This document shows positions 48,290-61,019 of a stretch of DNA of 64,000 nt, in pieces. Numbering within the stretch: position 1 is the stretch's first letter; each line of letters opens with the position of its first letter. The stretch covers positions 46,068,001-46,132,000 of the forward strand of contig CM059432.1 of assembly GCA_030390025.1 (NCBI GenBank), written 5' to 3'. Under the pieces are notes generated by a model. It did no database searches. It saw nothing but the letters and a program-made list of their open reading frames with translations, and had not been told where the DNA came from. The stretch is from Squalus acanthias. Taxonomy: Eukaryota. A program made the position numbers and the translations under genes.

Positions 48290-49935
48290 TCATTTTTCAT
48301 TTGCGAGTGGCTTCAACAGAGGTAGTTGCAGCCTGCTCACTTCCCTGCTGCGATTGCATAGACACTTTTGGCGAACGTCCTCTGGGTTTTGGAGCCTGTG
48401 ATAGCCCTGCCAAAGTCTGCTCCTCCTGCGACTGTGCAGGGGTAGACTCGGCCATCGGGATCCGAGGAAGCATCTGGGGCTCTGATTGAGGGGGAGGCAA
48501 TGGGGAAGAAGTGGGAGTGCTTTGAGAAGAGCCCCCACTTCCATGTCCCCTCTCAGCATCCCCTCTCATGGGCCACCCGCACTTCCCTGCTAGCAAGGAG
48601 CTGGAGAGCACCTTGCTGCACAGCAGTGGGGCGATGGAGGCCCAAGTCAATGTTTACATCCCTCCTTGAGAGGAGGTCTATGAGCGCCTGCCATCTGCTG
48701 TCCACAGCTAGCATGTGCTCATGTGAGTGGTGCATTAGCTGCTCCATGCAGGTGGCCATCCTTTCCATGGAAGAGCACATTATCGCCATTGCCTGCAACA
48801 TGGTGGTGCTCATGTTGGAGATGGACTCCTCCATTCTCTGAACATTTGCAGAAATCGCAGCTGCAAAAGATGCCAGAGCCTCATGCAATTGTTGCTGCCC
48901 CTCCAAGATTACCCTCTTTCTCGATTGCCCCCCGAGGCTCAGCGTCTGCATGCAGCTCCACAGAGCTTGGAGCACCCTGAGCCCTCCAGCAAGGAGTCTC
49001 CACTGCGGTCCCTGTCAACACCACCTGCTCTTGCTCACTTGTGAACTGTAAGACACCAGGTGACAACTCTACTCTATGGCACAAAGGACCCACCGAGGTG
49101 TGCGTATCTGTGCTGGTGCTGGCTGCGCTTGGGTCTGTTGACGCTGCACCCTTGGAGCTGAAGGTTCCTCTGAGGAGTTGTCTTCCTCCTCTGGCTGGAC
49201 AGTGGGTGGGGGGGGCGGGGGGCAGTTGATGGACCTGTGGGAGAGTAAAGAGATGAATTAGAGTTGTTATAATAAGAATGGGTAACATTACCACTATGCA
49301 CAGAATGTCATTTCGCTGGCTGCTGACATGAGTCACCATGTGGCTTCATGAGATGTGATTCTGTCACCAGGTTGCTGGGATGTGCCCCTCTCTCCGTCTC
49401 CCACCATCAGCGTCTCTCGAGCTCCTGAAATTTCCAGAGCCGCCTCCTCTGCTGCTGTTAGAGGTGCAATGACTGGAGGGCCACCTCCGGTTCTCTCCCT
49501 CTCCCTGTTGTTGCGGGCTCCCTTCTCCTGCTAATGGGGTGGTTAGTCAGATGGGGTTGTGAGTATGTACATAGAGAGAGAGGGATGGGTGGACGTGCAA
49601 GGTATGTTGGTGTAAGGAATGATGTGCAGCAGTAAGCTTGGGAAGGCAGAGTGATGGGGATGTGTTGATGAAGGTGAGTGTGGTATTGCACTCACCATTC
49701 TAGAACTCCTGAGATCATTGAAGCGCTTCCTGCGCTGTATCCAGGTCCTCCTCACCACATCCCTGCTACTGACCTCCTCAGCAATTTCCAGCCAGGCTCT
49801 CTTTGTTGCTTGTAGAGGTCTCCTTTGCCGGTCAGCAGGGAACAGGACCTCCCTGAGTGCTCTGACAGCCTCCACAAGATTACGCAAGGAAGAATCTGAA
49901 AACCGGGGTGCAGCCCTCTGCCTTTGACTATCCAT
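48290..49935 (-). pseudogene. Three-exon Myb/SANT-like gene of Harbinger copy 2
   Basis: Exon 1 49935-49696 (MDSQRQRAAPRFSD...RKRFNDL, gtgagt donor), exon 2 49527-49368, exon 3 from 49234. GT-AG sites are intact; exon 3 is frameshifted. Confidence 0.88.
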
Positions 49936-50906
49936 GTTTCAAAAGTTTTATCTCTCCTCTGGCCTTTCTTTGTCATGTTCCACCCTCCTCTGGAAAGCTT
50001 CAAGTGAGTTCAGTGCAAGGCTGCTTTAAATATGGATGCTGGAAACGAGTCTACGGTGACATCATCAGACCCGCTCCATTTATTAAGGCCGGGAAATGTG
50101 CATGACTCTTTCAACTGGGGCCATTAAGTGAACGTCGCTCTGAGCAGCGCGTTGCTGACAACATTGTGTTTGGGACCCGTTACGCCGCCCACACGCACCC
50201 AACCTGACGCAAAGGTGAAAATTCCGGCCAATGACAAACCTTGGGCATGACAACAAAAGTGTTTGAAAAGCCAATTTGCCAACAAAGTTTAATCATCTGG
50301 AAGAGTAAGTCCCAGGTTTAATTGTGTGGTATGATGTGTCTACTGCCATGAATATCAGTCACCAAGCCTGTGGATGTCTCATTTATAGATCTTGAAATAT
50401 ATAATCCATTGTGTCAGATTGTTATCCAGTAACAATCTATGGTTGAAATTAATAAGGATTTTGAATTATATGAACTGCAAAGATTGTACATTCATGATAC
50501 TTCAGGACATCCTTGTACCATGTGAACTAGTTTAAATCTCTTGTCAGTTATTCCCAGTCCCCAATATTTGTTAAGCATTTCCAGATTGCCACTGAACTTT
50601 GCATAGACCTCAACATGTAATTTTCCTTATCAAACATAGCATGTAAGAACAAAGTAATCAATATGCTGTCCATTTCTCCTTTCAATAGTTATTTTACATT
50701 GCATTACTGGCATTGGATAATTGTTCAGTGGCACTATTTGCAGACACATTAATAATGCAAAAAATAACTACTAGTTGGCAGCTAGGGAAATATACACAAA
50801 GCATGACAGCACAATTAAGAACATCTGAAACCGTACCAAGTGACTGCTCTATTGGTAAATCGCCTTTGGGGACAGCTTAACTCAATATGAATTTTATTTA
50901 CTGTTT

Positions 50907-50965
50907 TCATAGAATCATAGAAATTTACAGCACAGAAGGAGGCCATTCAGCCCATCGTGTCTGTG
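50907..50965 (-). mobile_element. CR1 extreme 3' tail
   Basis: catagaatcatagaaatttacagcacagaaggaggccattcagccc. Confidence 0.8.
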
Positions 50966-51081
50966 TTTTTGGTCTTGGACTCATTTGTATATTTCCTCAA
51001 TAATGATTAAGACATTGAGAGGTTTTTTTTTTTGATTAGCCGGGAAACCTAAGAGTTTCCAAATCAAAATCTTAAGAAATA

Positions 51082-51490
51082 GGTGTAATAGTGTAATGGT
51101 TATGTTACTGGACGAGTAATCCAGAGAATCTGAGTTTAAATCCCACAATGGCAGTTAGAGAACTTCAATTCAGTTTTTTTAAATCTCGAAACATGAGTAC
51201 AAAGTAACCATAAAACTGTTGGATTGTTGTAAAAATCCAACTGATTCATTAAAGTCCTTTAGGGAAGAAAACCTGCTGTCATTATCTGTCCTGGCCTATG
51301 TATAACTCCACTCCCACACCAAAGTGGTTGACTCTTAACTCCCCTCTGAAGTGGCTTCGTAAGCCCTCACTTGTATCAAACTGCTAGTGATTCAAGAAGT
51401 AGGCCCATCATCACCTTCTCAGGGCAACTAGGAATGGACAATAAATACTGGCCTTGCCAGCGACGTCCACAAACTGAGAATGATTAAAAG
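51082..51490 (+). mobile_element. tRNA-headed SINE with a family B LINE tail
   Basis: A-box-like tagtgtaatgg and B-box-like gagtttaaatccc. The last about 100 bp match the family B 3' end. Confidence 0.8.
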
Positions 51491-51844
51491 AATATTCATT
51501 AAGTAGAATTTTTTTTTTAATTTGCATGCCTGAATGCTCACTCTTTCCCTGAAAAGGACAGAACACACTTACCCAAGCCCAAAGAGCTTAAACAAAGACT
51601 GACAAGAGCAAAGGCTTAGAGTGTTTGCATGAGTACACTGGTACACAGAGCACAGGTAATCTTCCATCACTTGTCCAACTGGGAGCAGCCTACTCATTAG
51701 GGCATGGGTCTGCAGTTTTATCTGGAATAGAGTAAGAAGAAGCCCAGGACCCAGCGACAGATCTACCCCACTAGGTCCCATCAATGATCTAGGTCAGCAG
51801 GTCAATCAGCAACAGTATTGTTGCACACTACAACAAAAACAATA

Positions 51845-53005
51845 ACATAAGAACATAAGAAATAGGAGCAGGAGTAGGCCATTTAATAAGATCATGGCTG
51901 ATCTGATCTTGGCCTCAACTCCACTTTTCTGCCTGTTCCCCATAACCCTTGACTCCCCTGTAGTTCAAAAATCTGTCTGTCTCAGCCTTGAATAGATTCA
52001 ATGACTCAACCTCCACAGCTCTCAGGGGTAGAGAATTCCAAAGATTCACGACCCTCTGAGAGAAGAAATTCCTCCTCATCACCGTCTTAAATGGGCGACC
52101 CCTTATTCTGAAACTTTGCCCCCTAGTTCTAGATTCCCCCATGAGGGGAAGCATCCTCTCAGCATCTACTCTGTCAAGCCCCCTTAGAATCTTATATGTT
52201 TCAATAAGATTAATGTCCTAGGCCCAACCATCTTCAACTGCTTCATCAATGACCTTCCCTCCAACATAAGGTCAGAAATGGGGATGTTCGTTGATGACTG
52301 CACAGTGTTCAGCGCCATTCACAACTCCTCAGATAATGAAGCAGTCCATGCCCGCATGCAACAAGACCTGGACGACATTCAGGCTTGGGCTGATAAGTGG
52401 CAGGTAACATTCGCGCCACAGAAGTGCCAGGCAATGACTATCTCCAACAAGTGAGGGTCTAACCACCTCCCCTTGACATTCAACGGCATTACCATCGCCG
52501 AATCCCCCACCATCAACATCCTGGGAGTCACCATTGACCAGAAACTTAACTGGACCAGCCACATAAATACTGTGGCAACAAGAGCAGGTCAGAGGCTAGA
52601 TATTCTGCAGAGAGTGTCTCACCTCCTGACTCCCCAAAGCCTTTCCACCATCTACAAGGTAGAAGTAAGGAGTGTGATGCCAATCCTTCATCGTCGCTGG
52701 GTCAAAATCCTAGAACTCCCTACCTAATAGCACTGTGGGAGTACCTTCACCTCATGGACTGCACCGGTTCAAGAAGGTGGCTCACCACCACGTTCTCAAG
52801 GGCAATTAGGGATGGGCAATAAATGATGGCCTTACCAGCGACGCCCACATCCCATAAACAAATAAAAAAAACTCTCATTCTTCTAAACTCCAGTGGGTAT
52901 AGGCCCAACCTACTCAACCTTTCCTCATAAGACAACCCCTTCATCCCAGGAATCAACCTAGTAAACCTTCTCTCAACTGCCTCCAATGCAAGTATATCCC
53001 TCCTT
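51845..53005 (-). mobile_element. CR1 3' fragment split by a family B insert
   Basis: ORFs 51915-52154 and 52870-52986, plus a CR1 tail. Confidence 0.9.
52214..52871 (+). mobile_element. Family B LINE 3' fragment with internal deletion
   Basis: Aligns to 27052-28490 without its inserts and ends in aataaaaaaaa. Confidence 0.9.
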
Positions 53006-53009
53006 ATAC

Positions 53010-53468
53010 CACAACAACTTGTATTTATATAGCGCCTGTAATGTAATTAAACATCCCAAGGCACTCCACAGGAGCGTTCTAAAACAAAATTTGACACCGT
53101 GTCACATACGGAGAAATTAGGGAAGACTTGGTCAAAGAGGTAGGTTTTAAGGAGCATCTTAAATGAGGAAAGTGAAGTAGAGAGGTGGAGAGGTTTACGG
53201 AGGGAATTCTGGAGCTTAGGGCCTTGGCAGCAGAAGGCACGGCCGCCAATATTAGAGCGATTAAAATTGGGGATCCACAAGAGGCCAGAATTGGAGGTGT
53301 GCAGATATCTTGGAGGGTTGTAGGGCTGGAGGAGATTACAGAGATAGAGGGGGGTGAGGCCATGGAGGGATTTGAAAACAAGGATGATCATTTTAAAATC
53401 AAGGCGTTGCTTAACAGTGGTGATGGGTGAACGGGACTTGGTGCGAGTTAGGACACGGGCAGCAGAGT
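53010..53468 (-). mobile_element. L2 3' end
   Basis: ORF 53047-53391 reads ILVFKSLHGLTPLYL...GGRAF...NSL, followed by a (ttg) tail. Confidence 0.88.
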
Positions 53469-53609
53469 GGGCTTATAGTAGATATTGGTTGACAGCTTAT
53501 CCGGTAGACTTTCCTGAATTTCAGGCAGTTAAAATGCCGAAACTGCCAATTAAAAGTGACATGGCCATCAGACAGTAGAAAAGACTTGCTAAGTACAAAA
53601 CTGTCTAGC

Positions 53610-53900
53610 CAAGTGATGGAGTGATGCAGCAGAAGAACACCTCACTATACAAGTGATGAATGAAAGGAGGGTTGCCTTGTTTGGCACTCCTGGGTATCCT
53701 ACCCTAAGAATGGCAGTATGCATGCCTGGGAGGAGGTAGAGCAACAATAAATGCCACCAGCATCGCCAGAGGACATCGGAGCATATGACGGCAATATTTA
53801 CAGAACTGCAAAAAGCTGCCACGGCAAGGCGATCAAATATTTCCCTATGCCAAGTAGACGGACAAAGCATGCTTGCCACAAAAGGTTCCTTCTCAACCTG
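53610..53900 (+). pseudogene. Decayed Myb/SANT-like remnant
   Basis: NERRVALFG...AWEEVEQQ*...RRTKHACHKRF across frames. Confidence 0.5.
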
Positions 53901-54460
53901 ATGCACATTGACTGCAAAGTACTCAGACAACCTTACAGTTTGTTCACGCTTACCATGCATAACCCTATTATAACAGGCCCCAGAAATGTCAGGTCACTGA
54001 TTCCATTAGAGGGGACAGCCCCCTGCTCAAACGGTAGCTTCGAGTAGGCAAGACCAAGCAGTCACCGCAGCAGCAGAAGCGACAGAACCAGTTGCAGATC
54101 CATCTATAAATCAGCACAAGGAAGTACAGGGCCTCCTCTATTCCAAATGGCTCCCACTGAGACCCAGCAGCCAACTACCTCATTTAATCTTTCCACTGGA
54201 GAGGCACTTAGAAGAAGTAGTAATATAGGATTGAGAAGATACACACTATATACTGTTACAAAGGTAAAGTTAAGAAAAAACAAAACTCACACACACTTAC
54301 CAGAAAAGGGGGAAATGAATTGATTGCATTTTATTTGGGCAGAGATTTTTCTCTGATGATTCAGAATAATATCGGAGCTTAGCAAAGCATGGCCATTCAT
54401 CATCATTAAAGTGGTGCAAAGGACAATATTAATGACAGTGGGCGTAATTTTAACTTGAAA

Positions 54461-54847
54461 GAACTTGAATTTATCGAGCTGCTTTCATGTTCTGAAGATT
54501 TCCCAAAGCGCTTTACAGCCAATTAATTATTTTTGAAGTATAGTCACTGTTGTCATATAGACAAACATGGTAGCCAATTTGCACATGGTAAGGCCACACA
54601 AACAGCAATGAAATGAATGACCAGTAAATCTGTTTTAGTGGTGTTGACTGAGGAATGAGTGTTGGCTCATGTGCCACGTCAACCAGCAGAAAGGACCTTG
54701 GTTTAATGTCTCATCTGAAAGGCAGCACATCCAACAATAAAGCATTGAAATGTCAGCCTAGAATATGTGCTCAACTCCTACAATGGGGCTTGAATCCTCT
54801 GTTCACTGACACAGAAGCAAGAGTTCTACCGCTGAGTCAAGCTAACA
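54461..54847 (-). mobile_element. Deu-domain SINE (SacSINE1/AmnSINE1-related)
   Basis: Minus strand has a tRNA head (gactcagcggtagaactcttgc...ttcaagcccca), a Deu-like core (gtgctgcctttcagatgagacattaaaccaagg) and an L2-like tail. Confidence 0.8.
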
Positions 54848-55531
54848 TTAATAGAGCTGTTAGTTAAAGTGTCAAGCTTTTGTGCATTGGTCAGGCCAGT
54901 GTAAATCACCTAGATATCCTTACTTCATTGTATTATAACAAATTTGGGGGAAGTTATGGGAATGTCATTCAACTATTCAAGAAAGAAGGGAGAGAAAAAA
55001 CAGGGAACTACAAGCCAGTTAGTCTGACATCAGTCATCAGGAAAATGCTGGAATCCATTGTTAAGGAAGTGGTATCAGGGCACTTAGAAAATCATAACAT
55101 GATTAGGCAGAGTCAACATGGTTTTATGAAAGGGAAATCGTGTTTGACAAATTTATTAGAGTTTTTTGAGGATGTAACTAACAGGGTAGATAAAGGGGAA
55201 CCAGTGGATGTCGTATATTTGGATTTCCAAAAGGCATTCGATAAGGTGCCACATAAAAGGTTACTACACAAGATTAGGGCTCACGGGGTTGGGAGTAATA
55301 TAGTAGCATAATTGAGGATTGGTTAATGGACAGAAAACAGAGAGTAGAGATAAACGGATCTTTTTCAGGTTGGCAGGCTGTAACTAGTGGGGTGCCGCAA
55401 GGATCAGTGTTGGGGCCTCAGTTATTTACAATCTACATTAATGACCTAGATGAAGGGACCAAGTGTAATGTATCCAAGTTTGCTGATGATACAAAGCTAG
55501 GTGGGAGAGTAAGCTGTGAGGAGAACACAAA

Positions 55532-56423
55532 GCGGGAGAAATTCAGTATCGCCCCGTTTGGGGCGCGATTATTGGCTGGGCGCAAAGTTTAACGCCTGGC
55601 GCTAATTATCGCCTCCGACTGCAAACCTGGCTTTTATCGCCCCTGGAGGTGATTGGAGCGCTAAATCAGGCGCTGCACACCTGTCTTAAGGCGCAAAGGC
55701 CGAGGAGCGAGGCGCTACCTCAGAGCGCTGGCGAAGCTCATGTGATGTCAGTCAGCAATGGAACACAGACATACTGATGCCAGCCAGTTCTTAAAGGGGA
55801 GGGTTGATCTTGCTTTCCATCCACACCCTGCTCATTGCAGCCTTGAATCTCGGCCTGGAGAGACCTGTACATCAAATCTGTTGGAAAGAACAATGGAGAG
55901 GTCCAGGGAAAGAGCTCAGAGTGCAGCCCCCACAGTCTCTTCTAAATTGATGCAAGGAAGATCAAATCAGAAAGAACCTGCAAAGTGCTGCTCAGTACCC
56001 AAAACTCCTCAACACAGCTTTGAATATCTCCTGCAGTCTCTCTCTCTCACTCAGAATGCGTGGTGCAAAAATTTTGCTGACAAAAAAAGGCAGGAAGCTG
56101 CCGCCTTTAAATAGCGCTCCCCCAGTCCCTTCCCGATTGCAAAACGCTCCCCTCAACCTGTCATTGCTAGCGGCAGGCGGTAAGACAGGGGGCGCCACTC
56201 AATATCCGGTCCGGGGCGCTACCGGGGCGTTGCACGCTCAACTGACGTCACGACCTGCGGGCGCAGGAGATCGTGGCGGTAGTGTTTAGCGCCGCCGCAA
56301 AATGTCTAGTCAATTTCGTGAGCGGCGCAAACATTGCTGCGCATGGGCACTAGTTGCTTTGCGTCCCATTAGCATCCTTTTAAGGCGCTAACAGGAGGCG
56401 CAAACCAACCGAATTTTTCCACC
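55532..56423. mobile_element. GCGC-rich Harbinger deletion derivative
   Basis: Imperfect TIR gcgggagaaattc / gaatttttccacc and TSD AAA. Homolog of 34243-35135. Confidence 0.88.
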
Positions 56424-56708
56424 AAAGAGTCTGCAAAGAGATATGGATGGATTAAGTGAGTGGGCAGTAAGGTGGCAGATGGAGTATAATGTAGGGAAAT
56501 GTGAGGTTATTCACTTTGGTAGGAAGAATAGAAAAACAGAATATTTTTTAAATGATGGTGTTCAGAGAGATTTGGGTGTCCTCATGCAAGAAACACAGAA
56601 AGCTAGCATGCAGGTACAGCAAGCAATAAGGAAGGCAAATGGCATGTTGGCCTTTATTGCAAGGGGGTTGGAGTATAAGAGTAAGGAAGTCTTGCTACAA
56701 TTGTACAG

Positions 56709-56848
56709 AAATGAGAAGGTTTACCTGACGAAGGGGCAACAGCTCTGAAAGCTCGTAATTTTAAATAAATCTGTTGGACTATAACCTGGTGTTGTGCGAC
56801 TTCTCATTTTTGTCCACCCCAGTCCAACACCGGCATCTCCGCATCATG
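56709..56848 (+). mobile_element. Penelope-like terminal element (family P2)
   Basis: 12-bp TSD acaattgtacag. Homologous to 27203-27422. Confidence 0.85.
56721..56758 (+). ncRNA. Minimal type-I hammerhead ribozyme motif
   Basis: ttac CTGACGA a ggggc aaca gctct GAAA gc tc gtaa: stem I ttac/gtaa, stem II with G-U pairs, predicted CUC triplet. Confidence 0.7.
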
Positions 56849-57802
56849 ACAATTGTACAGGGCCTTGGTGAAACTACACCTGGAGTACTGTGCACAGTTT
56901 TGGTCTCCTTATCTAAGGAAGGATATACTTGCCTTGGAGGCGGTGCAACAAAGGTTCACTAGATTGATTCCTGGGATGGGGGTGGGGCGGGGTGTCCTAT
57001 GATGAGAGATTGTGTAGAATGGGCCTATACTCTCTGGAGTTTAGAAGAATGAGAGGTGATCTCATTGAAACATACAAGATTCTGAAGGGGATTGACAGAG
57101 TAGATGCTGAGAGGTTGTTTCCCCTGGCTGGAGTGTCTAGAACTAGGGGGCATAGTCTCAGGATAAGGGGTAGGCCATGTAAGACCAAGATGGAGGAGGA
57201 ATTTCTTCACTCAGAGGGTTGTGAATCTTTGGAATTCTCTGCCCCAGAGGGATGTGCATGCTGAGCCTTTGAGTATATTCAAGGCTGAGATAGATAGATT
57301 TTTGGACTCTAGGGGAATCAAGGGATATGGAGATCGGGCAGGAAAGTGGAGTTGATGTCGATGATCAGCCATGATCTTATTGAATGGTGGAGCAGGCTTG
57401 AAGGGCCGTATGGCCTACTCCTGCTCTTATTTCTTATGTTCTTATGTTCTTAAATGAACAAAAGTCCTGTCATCATAAACTGCAATAGGTTCAGACGATG
57501 CTGAACCAATAACATTAAACTCCTTCTCAACATGCTATTTTATAGCTTTTAAGATCAGTTTTGAAGACAATGGGGTATATTTTTGAAGGTAAAGCTTCCA
57601 GCACAGAGCTTTGCCTGCCAGGAGTACAGTTCGGGAGATCAGGAGCCTGATGAAAATAGTGCAAATTCATAAAATCTGCCAATGATTGCTTTCTATAAAG
57701 TCAGATTTGATGAACTTGCTTCAGGAGAGTATCAGCAGCCTTCACACTGACAGTGCTGACAAGAGAGGTATCACAGTTGATTCACTTTTCATTACAAAAG
57801 AT

Positions 57803-60800
57803 GGGGAGAAATTGGGCTCTGTAGCGCCTGTTTTTTTAGGTGCTAAGTGGCCTCTTAATAGTGGAAAATGGCATCCGAGATGTTGATGCACACTTCCAAC
57901 GGGAAGTGCAGCAGACGCCATCTTGGTAAAGGATTTCTGCATGCGCACCTAACGACCGCCGGCAGCATGCAGAGCAGGCAGATTATGATATCAATCAGTG
58001 TGCAATGCTCATTTGATGCCCGTGCTGCTATTTTCAGACCTGTCTTAACCTTGCACAGCTGAACACAATGTTAAATGGCATGAAGGACCCCCCACCAGCG
58101 CTATTTAAAGCAATCATGAACTACTTACATGTTTGTTGCTGGATTATTTCTTCTGGCTGATGGTGCAATTGTCCGCATTTTTGGAGCTTTCCTATACTTG
58201 GCTAAAGTTTAAATAGTCTACAGGAAGTAGCCTGGCTGGTGCTGAAGTACTTTTTTGTTCATTTAAAATCTTGTGCTGAAACCAGTTGTTGACAGGCAAC
58301 AGCAAGGGTACTGGTGGAGTGGCAGGGGTGGGAGCAGGAATGTTGTCATTCTAAGAAAATGCTAGCAGGTTTATGCTCCATGGAGGCACTGACACTCTCC
58401 CGGGGCAGTGCCTCAGCAATCCTAATAATCTGTTGGAGGATAGATTGCTGAACTGCTGTGAGACTCTGGAAGCCCCTTTAAACAGTGGTTTCCAGAGCTA
58501 TGATGGCAGCAGTCTGAGCTTGCAAGGCAGGAGTCTGAGGTTCCACTGCAGCACTCAGACCTTTGATGGAAGCTGCCTGTGCTGCAATAGAAGCTGTGAA
58601 ATCGGCCATCAGACACTGCATCATGGTGGGTTCCACAGGTGTGCTGATGGAGATTCTTACTTTCTCCTTTGTTCTCTTCTGTTCCATGTTGGAAAGGATG
58701 GGCTCCAAGCTCTGCGCAAAACCCTGTGCCAAGCTGGTGCTGGACTCCTCCATACTCCTTGAAATTGAGCACAGGCTTTCTGACAGGCTTTCCAGTGCAC
58801 CAAGCATTTGGTTATGTACACCCATCAGCCTTCTTCTGTAGCTTGACCCATCGAAGTCCTCATCCGACTCCTCTGCAGCACATCTAGTGTGCGATCTATC
58901 CTTTCCTCCACCCTGGCTCCTGCTCACTTGTGCCCGGTGTCTCACCATATGCAGATCGCTCCTCTATCCCAGCTTCTAAGATATACGCAGTGTCAGTGTC
59001 TGAGCTGGGGGCTGCGAGTGTAAGATTGAGTGACAGTGTCTCCTCATCTTCACTGTCTTCTTCCTCTTCCTCCTCTGACTGGGAAGGTTCCAGTTCTTGG
59101 GTATCTGAAATGAAGCAGGGACAAGGGGTGGGTTGTGGTGAGGGGAGAGGAGAAAGTAAGAAGTGCATGCTTACACCATTTGCAGCTTCTAAATCAGAAG
59201 AGATTGTGGGATGAGGGAGAAGTGGGAGGAGAGAAGGAGGATTAGGTATGCAGATACCCTCATCATCAATTGCTTTAGCCTCGTCAGTGGCCACAGCCTC
59301 AGTGATGCCCCTTCCCATGATGGTCAGCACTGTCTTCTCCATGGGGGTTGAAACATGTAGTCGTGCTTGCCCTCTCCAATTCTTTGCTGCTGCCTCCTGT
59401 TATGTGCCAGCTTCACCTGCAAGAAAGAGGGAAGTGTGTCAGTGAATGTCCTGCAATATGTTTTGGTGATGTGGCTATCATGGGTGCCAGTGTGTGGGAG
59501 CTGTGAGTTGTGGGCGCATGTGTGCTAAATGTGTGAGGGTAAAATAAAACATATGGGCCCGGAATTTGTGGTCAGTAGCGAAGCAACAGCGATCACCACT
59601 GACCTTGAAGAAAGCTGCCCACAAAGATCTAGCGATCTCTGTGGCTTCAATTTCAGCTCTCCCGCCCTTAGTTTGAATCTGGAACCAAATCAACCAAATC
59701 ACCAGCGTCCAGCAACAGTGATGTCATTGAAGAATTCTCACAGGCAACAAACCAGGAAGTAAAATGCACAGATTACAAGTTACTTTTAATAAATTTTACA
59801 GAGAGCAAAATAAAGATTAGGACATACACATAGGATTAAGGTAGAAACTGAAATATCACAAACAAATTTGAAAAAAATAATTATATTAAAATCTCGTAAT
59901 TCTTAATCATATTAATCGGAAAAGCTGACATTCCACAAATATAAAATTAGTTTTTCAGGGCCAGAGCGGTTGTTCAGCCGTCAGTATGCCATTAAAAAAC
60001 CTAATTGCATCTCTTTCAACAAGGCTTAATGTCTGAGGGAGTTTTTAACAATGATATTCCATTGTAAAAGAGGAATTTTTCATCAGTTCAAGTGATTTGA
60101 ATTGATTGCCATCTCTGAGGAGTTCCACAGCGCAGCCTGTGATGGAGCAGTGAATCACTGACCGCAACTTCAGGATTTCCACGATTATCTGCGCAAGTGC
60201 TAAATCCTGAAGTTGCTGTCAGTTTCAGAGGGGTAATGACGGCGAACGTTGACAGTTTCGCCGTCATTACCACTGCAACATCCGACCATGAATTTTAGGG
60301 TTGAGTATTGATTGTTGGTAGATGGGTGATGGGGGTTTAGAGAATTGAGCAGTGGATGAGGCTAGTGGTGCAGTCGATAGGATATGCCATTTGAAAATGA
60401 ACTCACTCACCTTGACAACTCATGCGAGATCATAAAACGTCTTCCTGCACTGCATCCATGTTCTTGGAGCAACACTCCTGGCATTGACCTTCACCTCTAC
60501 TTGTTCCCACTGTCTCCTAAGCATATGTCTGCCCCCTGCAGATGCAGGATGTCTCTCCTTCTTTCCACCTCTTCCACCAAGATCTCCAGTGCATTGTTTG
60601 AAAACCTTAGTGCATGCTCTCTCACATGTTTAGCCATTGCTCAAAGTATTGCAGTCAAGACTCCTTTTTCAACAAACTCTCACCACTTCTTGCTGCCACA
60701 ATGCAACTCTCCTTTAAGAGGTGCAGGTTACCTTTAAGTAGTGCTAGCCACTCGCAATATTGAGCCCTCTGCTGATGCATACAGCCAATGAACAGCACGG

Positions 60801-60923
60801 GTAGTGCGGGCTGCATGCAGAAATCACATAAAAGAGCGAGCAGCATGAATTTAACATGCTGTCTGCAACACAATGAACGCGTAAATAGCATACCACGATC
60901 CTCACACCCGTCAATTTCTCCCC
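57803..60923 (-). mobile_element. Harbinger derivative with spliced Myb/SANT pseudogene and deleted nuclease
   Basis: 12-bp TIR ggggagaaattg. Minus-strand exons: MAKHVREHALRFSN.AL.ILVEEV... (about 60637-60411), about 59417-59258, and from about 59105 (acidic and coiled-coil-like). Confidence 0.85.
59556..60287. mobile_element. MITE nested in the Myb intron
   Basis: Imperfect termini ggcccggaatttg / caacatccgacc with flanking ATG. Internal 15-bp inverted repeat gcaacttcaggattt / aaatcctgaagttgc. Confidence 0.65.
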
Positions 60924-61019
60924 TGATGGAACTAGAACTAATATTCAGCAGTTTGGCTCTCAATAGATAGACGCAGAATATTAGCTTTTCTATATGACAT
61001 ATTGCTGTTAAGTGATTAT

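Larger units (their letters stand above)
46243..50229. mobile_element. Full-length decayed PIF/Harbinger transposon copy 2
   Basis: Perfect 13-bp TIR ggccggaattttc, with convergent nuclease and three-exon Myb genes. Confidence 0.95.
54960..57452 (+). mobile_element. CR1 LINE hosting a MITE and a Penelope-like insert
   Basis: RT ORF fragments 54960-55530, 56424-56708 and 56849-57350, with a (ttcttatg)n tail. Confidence 0.94.
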
